Below, piece after piece: positions 21,479 through 31,104 of a stretch of DNA of 64,000 nucleotides. Made by a program: the position numbers and the translations under genes. The DNA lies in NCBI GenBank assembly GCA_965238175.1, contig CBDEGZ010000003.1:1632001-1696000 (forward strand), written 5' to 3'. Each line of letters opens with the position of its first letter. Position 1 is the first letter of the stretch. A model generated the notes under the pieces. It had not been told where the DNA came from, did not search any database, and was given only the letters and a program-made list of their open reading frames with translations. This DNA is from Gammaproteobacteria bacterium (lineage in GTDB: Bacteria; Pseudomonadota; Gammaproteobacteria; CAJXQU01).

Positions 21479-22220
21479 TATTTTGGTTTGTTATCTGATC
21501 TTTCGGCTCACCTTCAATCGTTTTTATTCCAGTTATCATTGCAGAGATTAATCCACTTTTTTCTTTTAGCTCCGAGAAAATAATTCCAATGACGTGGATT
21601 AGGACTAAAGCGACTAGAACAAAAAATAGGTAGTAATGTATTGTTATGATCGGTTTGCGAAAATCGCGCATTTCCTTATAGGCGGTTTCAACCACATGGG
21701 TTTTATCTCCCGGCTTTAAAGCGTCTAGATGTTTGCTATTTCCTTCAGTCACCCACTCAGCAAAATAGTCACCAAAGGGTGGGAGATAAAGATCTGTTCC
21801 CGCAATAATTAATCCGGTGCTTGCTTGAATGCTTAGCAACAGAAAAAATAGTCCGATGATCAATTTTGCAACTGGGTTATGTCCCATATATTGCTGGGGT
21901 TTTTCAGAATATATAGACGTCGAATATTCTTTAAAATCAGTTAGGTAGTTTTTCCCAAATGGCAGAATTTGTCTCCAGCGAGAGAAATGACTTCCAATAA
22001 ATGCCCAAATTAACCGCCAGATCAAATTAATCACAAAAATATAGCCAATATAGGCATGAATAGTTTTGAGTAGCACTTTTGCATCGCCGGTTATTCCTAA
22101 TGTCTTTGCATTAAGAATAACGGTGCCAATCAGCATTAGTAGAATAACAGTTATTGCATTTATCCAATGAAATATCCGTGTGGTTTTATCCCAAATCTTG
22201 TAACGTTTTAGTTCTGACAT
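21471..22220 (-). CDS. Cytochrome b/b6-domain membrane protein (Ni-hydrogenase cytochrome b type)
   Basis: IWDKTTRIFHW, GHNP, heme His in TM helices, GLISAMITG. Confidence 0.82.
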   Translation of the reverse strand: MSELKRYKIWDKTTRIFHWINAITVILLMLIGTVILNAKTLGITGDAKVLLKTIHAYIGYIFVINLIWRLIWAFIGSHFSRWRQILPFGKNYLTDFKEYSTSIYSEKPQQYMGHNPVAKLIIGLFFLLLSIQASTGLIIAGTDLYLPPFGDYFAEWVTEGNSKHLDALKPGDKTHVVETAYKEMRDFRKPIITIHYYLFFVLVALVLIHVIGIIFSELKEKSGLISAMITGIKTIEGEPKDQITNQNND

Positions 22221-22334
22221 TTCGGAATACCCATAATGAAGATGAAATACTTATTGATTATAACGAAAATATTTTAAATCTTTATTAAATATTTATTGGA
22301 TTTTTGCCGATACTGAAGATATCAGCTTACAGAA

Positions 22335-23066
22335 GTGGTATGGGTTTACAGGCCCGAATGTAATATGGAAATTAATCACGCGTCACATGGAGTATCATCT
22401 CTACACTCAGCAAGTCACTTGCAAAGCTCTGGGACGAATAATGGATCCAGTAGCTCGGCCGCTAACAATGAAAATTCTTTGGATGAAAAAGAGAAACAAC
22501 AGGTTCAGAAATTAAAGGAGCGTGATCGAGAGGTTCGTGCTCACGAACAGGCGCATAAAACAGCTGCCGGTGGACTTGCTGGGGCGATCACCTACCAATA
22601 CCAAACAGGCCCTGACGGTAAGCAATATGTTACTGATGGTGAGGTTGAAATTGATACGGCTCCAGTCAAGGGTGATCCGGAAGCGACAATAAGAAAAGCA
22701 AAACAGATCCAAAAGGCAGCTACAGCTCCTGTTGAACCTTCTGCGCAAGATAGGCAAGTTGCTGCTCAGGCATTTGCTCTGGAACAGCAGGCACAAGCGG
22801 AAAAACGCGAGAAGAAAGTTGAAGAAGATGATAAAGGTGGTGGCATATTATCTGTTGAAAAGGGAAATAGTGATAAACCCACAGATTCTTTAAAGGATCC
22901 ACAGAGCAATAATGAATCCGAAGATGGAAAAATCATCTGTGCAATTTGTGGCGGTACTCATACTGGAGAAACACATACAGAGGTAAACAAAGAAAGACTT
23001 AATAAAGTCTTTGAAATAGCAAAAGTAGAAACTGCTTTGGTATTCACCATAAGTCAACTAGCCTAG
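22335..23066 (+). CDS. SprA-related protein
   Basis: LKERDREVRAHEQAH, GPDGKQY, PSAQDRQVAA. Confidence 0.82.
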   Translation: MVWVYRPECNMEINHASHGVSSLHSASHLQSSGTNNGSSSSAANNENSLDEKEKQQVQKLKERDREVRAHEQAHKTAAGGLAGAITYQYQTGPDGKQYVTDGEVEIDTAPVKGDPEATIRKAKQIQKAATAPVEPSAQDRQVAAQAFALEQQAQAEKREKKVEEDDKGGGILSVEKGNSDKPTDSLKDPQSNNESEDGKIICAICGGTHTGETHTEVNKERLNKVFEIAKVETALVFTISQLA

Positions 23067-23135
23067 CACGAACCCCGAAGATTGAATATTTATACTTATT
23101 TTAATATCACATTATTACTCTTGATTCGTTAACTG

Positions 23136-24440
23136 TTAAAATTTAAATTGCAGATAAGCCCAGAACTTGCTGACATCAGCGGCGGTATTAGCTGAATTAA
23201 AGTTATTCTGATCGGTATTGTAATCTGAATATTTTAGTCCGACTGTGTAATGTTTCTTGAATGTTTTCGTCACAAGAAGATCCAATTCTGTTCCATAGTC
23301 ATAATTATCCCTATCCGAACTTAAAGCATGATATGAAGCAATAAATTTAGTACCGAACATCTTCATCGCTGCCGTAAAATATATGTCCTCAATACCGTCG
23401 CCCGGTGTGATCAAAAAGCGATCTGCCCAGCCTTGGAACGCATGATTAGTCCCAAGGATAGTAACAAAGCGGTCTGCGCCACCGTTACCGTCCAATAATT
23501 CATAACTAAATTTTAGCGTTAAAGACTTAACGAAACTATCCAATTGAAAGTTGACGCCTAATTCGCCAAGAAAATAGCCTGCGCTGATCTGATTAGTATT
23601 ATCAGCTGTGTCCGATTGGTGTGCATATTCGGCGGCATAGATCATCTTTGTATTGTTATTTAGAGGGAGATCGCCATTGGCCCGTAAGCCATATGTGTTG
23701 GTAGAAAATTGTGCGGCATTATCAAAATCTAGTAAGTAGGCGTATGCCTCGATTTCTGCAGCTTTTAAGCCTTCATATTTTATATTGACTATGTGTGAAT
23801 TGCTTTCGAAATCATCAAATGGATCAGGTGCATCTTCTCCGAAAATACGATTGATATTCCAGACATAGGCATAACTAAATGTTATGTCTGCCAGTGATTG
23901 ATTAACAATGCTGACAGCATCAAACGTTTGCCAATTTTGGCGCCATAAAATCGTTCCAATGAATCGATGGAAGGGTGCCTCTCGGTAGGTGATTTGTTGT
24001 CGTCCGATTTTGATTGAGGTGTTGCTTAGGAAATTGTCTTTCCCTGCATAAGACAAATAAGCCTGATTGATTTCTGTTCCCTCTGGATCAGCAACGACTG
24101 GAAAGCCTGGTTGTATCCTTCCTGGATATGAAAAATCATCACCAAAAAATTCCTGAACATGTTCTAGCTGCCCATAAAAACCAAAACCATGAAAACTACC
24201 TGTTTTGTAACCTAGTGCTATTCGAGCGGTGTGTGCATTAGCTTCACGCTGTTGAGTGTCATCATCAACATTTTCATAACGAAACCTGATATTGAGATCA
24301 ACTTTACCACTTTTCATATGATCCCAGAAAACATTCTTGGCATGTGCAGAAGGAAGACTTAGAGCAAAGATATTAATCAATAAATAAAAAGATAATTTAT
24401 TGCATGAAAAATGTGTTCGTTTTTTTAAAACTGGTTCCAC
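23136..24440 (-). CDS. Alginate-export-family outer-membrane porin
   Basis: RFRYENVD, ADPEGTEINQAY, WRQNWQTFDA, TNHAFQGWADRF, terminal F. Confidence 0.82.
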   Translation of the reverse strand: MEPVLKKRTHFSCNKLSFYLLINIFALSLPSAHAKNVFWDHMKSGKVDLNIRFRYENVDDDTQQREANAHTARIALGYKTGSFHGFGFYGQLEHVQEFFGDDFSYPGRIQPGFPVVADPEGTEINQAYLSYAGKDNFLSNTSIKIGRQQITYREAPFHRFIGTILWRQNWQTFDAVSIVNQSLADITFSYAYVWNINRIFGEDAPDPFDDFESNSHIVNIKYEGLKAAEIEAYAYLLDFDNAAQFSTNTYGLRANGDLPLNNNTKMIYAAEYAHQSDTADNTNQISAGYFLGELGVNFQLDSFVKSLTLKFSYELLDGNGGADRFVTILGTNHAFQGWADRFLITPGDGIEDIYFTAAMKMFGTKFIASYHALSSDRDNYDYGTELDLLVTKTFKKHYTVGLKYSDYNTDQNNFNSANTAADVSKFWAYLQFKF

Positions 24441-24500
24441 AATAATTGCTCCAGATTATTCTTCCGCAAGGGAAGATTATGTTAATTTTTAATACTGAAA

Positions 24501-24514
24501 TTGATCTATGTCAA
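24501..24514. promoter_or_regulatory. FNR/DNR-type box in the divergent promoter region
   Basis: TTGATCTATGTCAA vs consensus TTGAT-N4-ATCAA (1 mismatch). Confidence 0.7.
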
Positions 24515-24588
24515 ATTGTTGTACCACGGTCAGTGTTAGTTTGTAGCTGTCAGGTTCGTCCAGAAGTATTTTTGAAGAGGGATAAATA

Positions 24589-25563
24589 ATGCTCGATGAA
24601 AAATTAGTATTTCATGCTTCATTTGTAACACTGTCACTTACTATGTTTTTGATCTTTTTTCCTTTTCAAGTAATTGCCGAAGGTGATGCAATAGAAGGAA
24701 AAAAACAAGCCACGATTTGTGTTACTTGTCATGGCGCAAACGGGATTAGTAGCCAGGAAATCTGGCCAAATTTGGCCGGACAGAAATATAATTATCTGGT
24801 AAAGCAGCTTAAGGCCTTTCGTGATGGGAACCGTAAAGAACCCAGTATGGAAATGATGGTGGGATCGCTGTCTGATAGAGAAATTGAAAATATCGCCAGC
24901 TTCTTCAGTAGTATTCAACTAACAGCGAATGTAGATGAGGGGCTTCTGGCCAGCAAGACTGCTCAGCCAATCGTAGCTCAAGATGTTAGCCCGGATGTAA
25001 ACACAGGATCGGAACTCTATACTCAAAATTGTGTATTTTGCCACCAGGCTGATGCCATTGGGAAACCAGGAACAGCTCCCTCCCTAACCAATAAAGAATT
25101 ACTGAGCAGTGCCTCTGACGCTTTCTTTTTCGACACTATCCGTGATGGCAGACCGGGCACGGGTATGCCACCTTTTGCACATCTTGGTGAAGATAAGATA
25201 AAAGCGATTATAGCTTTTTTGCGTGATCACACTGATCAAGCAAACTTGGCAGCAGAGATTGATGCCCAGCCTGCAGCGAAAGGTGATCCTGCTCATGGAG
25301 AACAATTATTTGAACTGATCTGCTCCACCTGCCATGGCGAAAGGGGTGACGGCTATGCTTCAGGAGGAACTGGCACCGCTATCGGCAAGCTGGGATTTCT
25401 GAGTAAAGTTTCAGATGGCTTTATTCGCACTACCGTGAAACAAGGCCGTTCCAATACCCGAATGCTTGGTTTTCAGGGTCCTGAAGGTTTGGCCAACCTG
25501 AATGATCAGGATATAGACGATCTTATCGTTTATTTACGTAATTTACCCAATGATCTCAAGTGA
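24589..25563 (+). CDS. Triheme cytochrome c
   Basis: CVTCH, CVFCH, CSTCH; N-terminal signal/anchor; c4/c553-like WPNLAGQ. Confidence 0.9.
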   Translation: MLDEKLVFHASFVTLSLTMFLIFFPFQVIAEGDAIEGKKQATICVTCHGANGISSQEIWPNLAGQKYNYLVKQLKAFRDGNRKEPSMEMMVGSLSDREIENIASFFSSIQLTANVDEGLLASKTAQPIVAQDVSPDVNTGSELYTQNCVFCHQADAIGKPGTAPSLTNKELLSSASDAFFFDTIRDGRPGTGMPPFAHLGEDKIKAIIAFLRDHTDQANLAAEIDAQPAAKGDPAHGEQLFELICSTCHGERGDGYASGGTGTAIGKLGFLSKVSDGFIRTTVKQGRSNTRMLGFQGPEGLANLNDQDIDDLIVYLRNLPNDLK

Positions 25564-25583
25564 CGCTTTAGAGGAATAATAAA

Positions 25584-28256
25584 ATGAAACGATTCAAACA
25601 AAACCGACGCGATTTCATCAAAAACAGTACATTTATTACTGGATCAGCGGCGGGGGCGAGCCTGTTGGTGGGTAAAAATCCGGAGCTTGAAGCAGCCGTT
25701 CCAGAGGTGGCATCTGCAACACGCACCACAGCGTTGGCTCAATGTCCTTATTGCGGAGTGGGTTGTGGAACGATTATTCAGGCGGAAAATGGCAAAATTG
25801 TTTCCATGCGACCGGATAAAGATCATCCGACTAATTATGGTTTGCAATGTATTAAAGGATTGACTGCGGCCGAGCCTATGTATGTTGATCGGATGGAAGG
25901 TGATTCCTACGTGCGTAAAGATGTTTGGGAAGAATGGAATAAACCCAATCATGGTGATATGGAATATATTTCCAAAACCAAAGGTGCGTTTGATGAGGAT
26001 CTGTTCGTCCGTGTTCCCTATGAGCAAGCCTCGGAAATGACCGCGCACAAAGTTGCTCATTTGGCTAAAAAATATAGCGGTAATTCCATTGCGCTTTATG
26101 GATCAGGTCAGCTCACCATGGAAGGTCAATACCTTGAAAACTTATTTATGAAGGGCGTACTAGGGTCAAATACTATTGAGGCTAATGCACGCATGTGTAT
26201 GACCTCGGCCGTAACGGGATATTTCGCCACGTTGGGATCAGACACTCCACCATTGGCTTATGAAGATATCGAGCTGTGCGACATGCTAATGCACTTTGGC
26301 CATAACGCTCGCGAGTCTCACCCGATTATTTTTTGGCGAGCAGCTGATCACAAGAAGAAAAAAGATATTCCCACAGTCGTTGTTGATCCTCGTCGTACCG
26401 GTACCACCAGTGGTTATGAAGATATAAATCCAGACAATCATGTTCATGCCCCTGTCCTGAATGGCGATATCAGCTTTCTTAACTCTTTGGCTCATGTTTT
26501 ATTAAAAGATCACGATGATGTGATCGATTGGGAATTCGTCAAAGAACATGCGACTGGTTGGGAAGAATATGTCGAGGCGGTTCGTAACGATTATAGTCCT
26601 GAGCAGGTACAGGATCGTATGGGTTCTGATGAAGTGACTCCAGAAATGATCCGCCGAGTTGCCGGCATGTTTGCCGATGCAACGCGCAAACGACTGGCTC
26701 GAGGTAAGGATGGGCAAGGTGGTGTAATCATCATGTGGGGCATAGGTTATAACCAACATATTCACGGTCAGCACAATATAATTTCGATTATTAATTTACT
26801 CGCCTTAACTGGGAATTTAGCGAAGCCGGGTTGTGGGCCATTCTCAATGACCGGCCAGCCCAATGCCATGGGAGAGCGTTTTACAGGCGGCCTAACTGGA
26901 CGCTTACCTTTTAACGAACCTTTATCTAATCCCAAGCACTTAATCCATATGGCGAATGCCTGGAGAGTACCTGAAGATAATCTTAAAAAGGCGCTTAATT
27001 CTGAAAATCCGGGTTATGCCGTTGGCATGATGGAACGAGCTTTAAAAGGTGAAGTAAAAGCGATGTTCCTGGTTTATGCCACGCATATTGATCTGCCTGA
27101 TCAGCATAATCTGGTTCGTCCGGCACTGGGTAAGACCTTTAATGTTGTGCAAGAAATTTACCGCCACGCACCGAATAATCTTTATGCCGATGTGATTTTC
27201 CCAGCAGCGACCTGGGGTGAAGTCAATGGTGTCTATATCAGCTCAGAGCGGCGGATCAATATTTGCGAAAAAGCGGCAGAGCCACCTCCCGGATGTCGGC
27301 CAGATATGGATATGGTGATCGACAAGGGTAAGGAGATTGCTCATCTACTTGGGTTAGATGCAGAGAAAATATTCCCCTACCAGCGTCTTGAAGATGGCAC
27401 CTATGATGCTGAAGAAGTATTACGTGATGTCATGCGTGCTTCCATCGGAACTGACACTGATCTTGCCGGAATTTTGGAGGTGGAAAGACTTGACGGGATC
27501 AGCCCTTACGAACAACTGAAAAAATTACGAGGTATTCAATGGCCAGCACCTACCTACGAGAACGCTAAAACGGGAGGTACCAAACGACGCTATATGTTGC
27601 AGGAAGGGTGGGAAAATCGTCCCTACGGTTATTTCCGTACCAAGGATGGCAAAGTGCATTTTAAATTATGCAAACAAGATTATACGAATCGTCGCGAGAT
27701 TACAGATAAGTTGATGGAGTTCGGTACTAAAGAAGGTCATTACACCATCGATCATATTAATTTGCTAACCGAAGCTCGCGATAAAGGATTAACGCCAGAT
27801 ATGACCGATGATGATCATCGTGAAACTAAATGGGATGCAGTCCCCGAAGGGAAATATCCATACTGGTTGGGGTTGGGTGTTGTGTATGAACATTTTCATA
27901 CCGCCAAATCTAACCGCAGTCCGACAACGCAGCGACTGGTGCCGGAACAATATGTGGAAATGCATCCCGAAGATGCTAAGGCTTTAGGCATAGAAGATGG
28001 TGATAAGGTACGTTTGGTCACGCGTCGTGGGCATTACGAGGCCAAGGCACAGGTAGGCACTAACAGTCTGGTTAAACCTGCGCGTAATTCTGTGCCGCGT
28101 GGATATATGTTTAGCCCGTGGAATCTGTCTGTAGCTGATAGTGCCGATCCGAAAAAGAATAAGTGGTTGGTGAATGGCACATCCAGCCGCGTTTGGGATC
28201 TGGTTTCTGGTCAGGTGGATTTTAAGAAACTTGCCTGTCGAGTTGAAAAAGTTTAG
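25584..28256 (+). CDS. Tat-exported Mo-bisPGD oxidoreductase, nitrate reductase (NapA/NasA) family
   Basis: NRRDFIK Tat motif; CPYCGVGC...C [4Fe-4S]; YGSGQ; NARMCMTSA Mo-Cys; GQPNAMG; C-terminal molydop_binding domain. Confidence 0.85.
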   Translation: MKRFKQNRRDFIKNSTFITGSAAGASLLVGKNPELEAAVPEVASATRTTALAQCPYCGVGCGTIIQAENGKIVSMRPDKDHPTNYGLQCIKGLTAAEPMYVDRMEGDSYVRKDVWEEWNKPNHGDMEYISKTKGAFDEDLFVRVPYEQASEMTAHKVAHLAKKYSGNSIALYGSGQLTMEGQYLENLFMKGVLGSNTIEANARMCMTSAVTGYFATLGSDTPPLAYEDIELCDMLMHFGHNARESHPIIFWRAADHKKKKDIPTVVVDPRRTGTTSGYEDINPDNHVHAPVLNGDISFLNSLAHVLLKDHDDVIDWEFVKEHATGWEEYVEAVRNDYSPEQVQDRMGSDEVTPEMIRRVAGMFADATRKRLARGKDGQGGVIIMWGIGYNQHIHGQHNIISIINLLALTGNLAKPGCGPFSMTGQPNAMGERFTGGLTGRLPFNEPLSNPKHLIHMANAWRVPEDNLKKALNSENPGYAVGMMERALKGEVKAMFLVYATHIDLPDQHNLVRPALGKTFNVVQEIYRHAPNNLYADVIFPAATWGEVNGVYISSERRINICEKAAEPPPGCRPDMDMVIDKGKEIAHLLGLDAEKIFPYQRLEDGTYDAEEVLRDVMRASIGTDTDLAGILEVERLDGISPYEQLKKLRGIQWPAPTYENAKTGGTKRRYMLQEGWENRPYGYFRTKDGKVHFKLCKQDYTNRREITDKLMEFGTKEGHYTIDHINLLTEARDKGLTPDMTDDDHRETKWDAVPEGKYPYWLGLGVVYEHFHTAKSNRSPTTQRLVPEQYVEMHPEDAKALGIEDGDKVRLVTRRGHYEAKAQVGTNSLVKPARNSVPRGYMFSPWNLSVADSADPKKNKWLVNGTSSRVWDLVSGQVDFKKLACRVEKV

Positions 28257-28295
28257 CAATATTTCTGATTCTATAGTTGATGGTGCGGGAGACAA

Positions 28296-28868
28296 ATGAA
28301 ACGTAGAAAGTTTCTAATTAATCTGGCCACAACAGCGGCAACTGCGGCACTGCCTGTCTTATCAGAAGGTAAAGTCACTCGGCATAAACCGGGTATGCGT
28401 TATCTTCGACCACCGGGTTCGTTGGATGAAGATGATTTTCTTTCTCGTTGCATTCGCTGTGGTCAGTGCAGTGAGGCTTGTCCGAATAACTGTATCAAGT
28501 TTTTTGATACAGAAAACGGTTTATCGTCTTTCGGAACCCCATACATCACGCCAAGAGAGCAAGCATGTATTCTTTGTATGAAATGTGGTGACGCCTGTCC
28601 AACTGGTGCAATTAAACCGATCGAACGTAATGCTGAAGAGATTCTTTCCGAAGTAAAAATGGGTAGCGCCCGGGTTGATGAAAATTTGTGTCTTTCCTAT
28701 CAGGGTAAGTCATGCGGTGTTTGTTATCGCGCCTGTCCATTGCCTGATGTTGCAATAAAGGTAGGTTGGATGGAGCAACCTGAAGTGACGGACAAATGTG
28801 TCGGTTGTGGTTTGTGTGAACGCTCATGCATTCAGATCCCACAAGCAATTAAGGTGATCCCAACGTGA
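28296..28868 (+). CDS. napG: NapG/MauM-like 4Fe-4S protein
   Basis: KRRKFL, LRPPG, CIRCGQCSEACP, multiple CxxCxxC. Confidence 0.75.
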   Translation: MKRRKFLINLATTAATAALPVLSEGKVTRHKPGMRYLRPPGSLDEDDFLSRCIRCGQCSEACPNNCIKFFDTENGLSSFGTPYITPREQACILCMKCGDACPTGAIKPIERNAEEILSEVKMGSARVDENLCLSYQGKSCGVCYRACPLPDVAIKVGWMEQPEVTDKCVGCGLCERSCIQIPQAIKVIPT

Positions 28869-29884
28869 TAAGAAAAACTCATTATTGGGCAAGACACTTG
28901 AATAAGTTGCGTTGGATAAGCTTAAGTGTCGTTTTTATTATATTGATCATCATTCCTTGTTTAAGTGTTTATCAAACTTATATTGCAGCACATGCCTATG
29001 ATCTATTAATGCCCGGCGAGAAAAGTTTTTATAATGTCATGGAATTTCTCACCAAACCCTTCACCAATAATCCCGAGAAAGATTTAGATGTTATTAAAGG
29101 AAGCACCTGGTCAGGAAATTTTTTCGGCTACAAAATAAGTGATCCTTTAGCCATAGCAGGGCAAGTTGCTGCAGGAACAAGTATCTATTGGCCTTTCATC
29201 TGGACAGCAATAATCCCCATTTTTTTATCAGTGATATTAGGTCGGTTTTTTTGTGGCTGGATCTGCCCAGCCACTTTTCTCTATGAACTCAATAGTAATC
29301 TGCGTGCTTGGTTGGATCATGTTGGGCTCCCAGTCGGCAAGCAACATTTTGATCGGCGTCTGAAATATCTGGTGCTGATTATCGGGTTGGTTTTATCAAT
29401 TTTGACAGGATCAGTTTTGATCGCAGCAGTTTATCCGCCGGCGATTATTGGCCGAGAAATTTACTATGCGATCGCTCTGGGAGGTTTTGGTGTCGGTGCA
29501 GTATTTTTTGCCTTTACATTATTGTTCGATCTGCTGGTAGCAAGACGTGGTTTCTGCCGTTATCTGTGTCCGGGCGGTGCGCTTTATTCGTTGTTAGGAC
29601 GCTATCGTCTATTACGTATTCAACGCGATGTTAAAACGTGCAACGACTGCATTAAATGTACCGCGATCTGCGAGTTTGAACTCGACCCAATGCGCGATGA
29701 CTTTGGCCAAGAATGTAATAACTGCACAGCTTGCATTGCTATTTGTCCTACCGACGCTTTGAAACTTTCTATTCGTACGAAAGATAAATCTTATCAAGGG
29801 GCAGGTCATATGGGGAAAAAATATAAGGGGTTTGATCAGAAAACATCAGAACAGCTTACCCTTAAAAAAGAGAAAGCAGCCTGA
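28865..29884 (+). CDS. napH: NapH/MauN-like membrane polyferredoxin
   Basis: GRFFCGWICP, FCRYLCPGG, two C-terminal ferredoxin motifs. Confidence 0.78.
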   Translation: MIRKTHYWARHLNKLRWISLSVVFIILIIIPCLSVYQTYIAAHAYDLLMPGEKSFYNVMEFLTKPFTNNPEKDLDVIKGSTWSGNFFGYKISDPLAIAGQVAAGTSIYWPFIWTAIIPIFLSVILGRFFCGWICPATFLYELNSNLRAWLDHVGLPVGKQHFDRRLKYLVLIIGLVLSILTGSVLIAAVYPPAIIGREIYYAIALGGFGVGAVFFAFTLLFDLLVARRGFCRYLCPGGALYSLLGRYRLLRIQRDVKTCNDCIKCTAICEFELDPMRDDFGQECNNCTACIAICPTDALKLSIRTKDKSYQGAGHMGKKYKGFDQKTSEQLTLKKEKAA

Positions 29885-30495
29885 TGCATCGTAGAAAATT
29901 TATTAAACAGGCGACTGTTGGAACCAGCATTGCAGCAACAGGATGCATACCCTTTGTCCTTGCACGTTTGCTTGCGCCTGAAAATGACACATACAAACTG
30001 AATAATTATTTGCGACCACCAGGTGCGCTCAAAAATGACTTGGCATTTAGTGAAGTTTGTATCGGTTGTGAACTTTGTGCAGAGGTTTGTCCTCCTTGTT
30101 GCATTCAATTCCACAAGCGAGAAGGTGGTGCGCAGGTTAACACACCGTATATTGATCCTGAAAAAAAAGCCTGCACTCTTTGTTCAAAGTGCATGGACGT
30201 TTGTCCGACAGAAGCCTTAACACCTACACCTCGTGAAGAGGTTGATATGGGCATTGCACAAATTGATCGTACTGCGTGTTATCCCTGGGTGGATAAAGGA
30301 ATTTGTGGTGCCTGTGCCGTTGCATGTCCACTCGGAGAAGATGCTATAGGTTTTGATTTCGCAAACATTTATCGCCCGGTCGTTAAAAAAGGTTGTGTCG
30401 GTTGTGGGCTATGTGTTGAGGTTTGCCCGCATCCTAGTTTGCCGATCAGAATTGTAGAACGCTCCAAGGGTTCGGTGACAGAACATCGTGTTTGA
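29884..30495 (+). CDS. Second NapG/MauM-like 4Fe-4S protein
   Basis: HRRKFIK, LRPPGAL, four Cys clusters. Confidence 0.8.
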   Translation: MHRRKFIKQATVGTSIAATGCIPFVLARLLAPENDTYKLNNYLRPPGALKNDLAFSEVCIGCELCAEVCPPCCIQFHKREGGAQVNTPYIDPEKKACTLCSKCMDVCPTEALTPTPREEVDMGIAQIDRTACYPWVDKGICGACAVACPLGEDAIGFDFANIYRPVVKKGCVGCGLCVEVCPHPSLPIRIVERSKGSVTEHRV

Positions 30496-30507
30496 GTTTA
30501 ATTAATC

Positions 30508-31086
30508 ATGCTGTCATTTATCAAATCGTTATTTTTTTTTATTACACTTTTAACTAGCATTACAAGTACGGCTCATCATGTGCTTGGCAGGCCTGCTTAC
30601 AGTCTGAGTGAAGATTCAACGACACCACCGAGCATGCAGGTTGAAACTCAGATAGGTAATTATTATGTAACCTATATGGTCTTTCCTGCTTTCCCAAGTC
30701 CGGAACAACCTGGCCGGGTAAATCTCTATGCTTCAAGGATTGATGATGGTCAGCCTTTTCAGGGCGAGGTCACTTTCAAAGTTCGCGGTGACAGTTGGTT
30801 TAGTGATGAAGAAGAGATGCTGGGCAAACAACCCGCAGACGATAATGTTTTCCGTCAGGGTTTCGAATTTAAGCAATCAGGAAAGTACATCATCCGTGCA
30901 GAGTTCAGCGTTGATGATGAGCCATATCAGATCGATTTTCCTTTGCAAATTGGTGAACCTTCACCTTTTGGTCCCATTGGGCTGGCAGTAGGCATGATAA
31001 TTTTTGTCTTGCTGGCAGTGAATCTGTTACAACGTAAGAGGCTGGTTGGCGCGAAAATACGCAGCAATGTTCGCCCTGATGAGTAA
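30508..31086 (+). CDS. Exported, C-terminally anchored hypothetical protein
   Basis: Signal peptide ending STA-HH, beta-rich core, C-terminal TM. Confidence 0.65.
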   Translation: MLSFIKSLFFFITLLTSITSTAHHVLGRPAYSLSEDSTTPPSMQVETQIGNYYVTYMVFPAFPSPEQPGRVNLYASRIDDGQPFQGEVTFKVRGDSWFSDEEEMLGKQPADDNVFRQGFEFKQSGKYIIRAEFSVDDEPYQIDFPLQIGEPSPFGPIGLAVGMIIFVLLAVNLLQRKRLVGAKIRSNVRPDE

Positions 31087-31104
31087 GACGAACGAGAGCA
31101 GATT

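Noticed and set aside
21471-22220. Hydrogenase operon
   Set aside because: Only the cytochrome b-type gene is present; no large or small subunits nearby
25584-28256. Formate dehydrogenase or selenoprotein
   Set aside because: The Mo ligand context is C-M, not (C/U)-H, and there is no in-frame TGA
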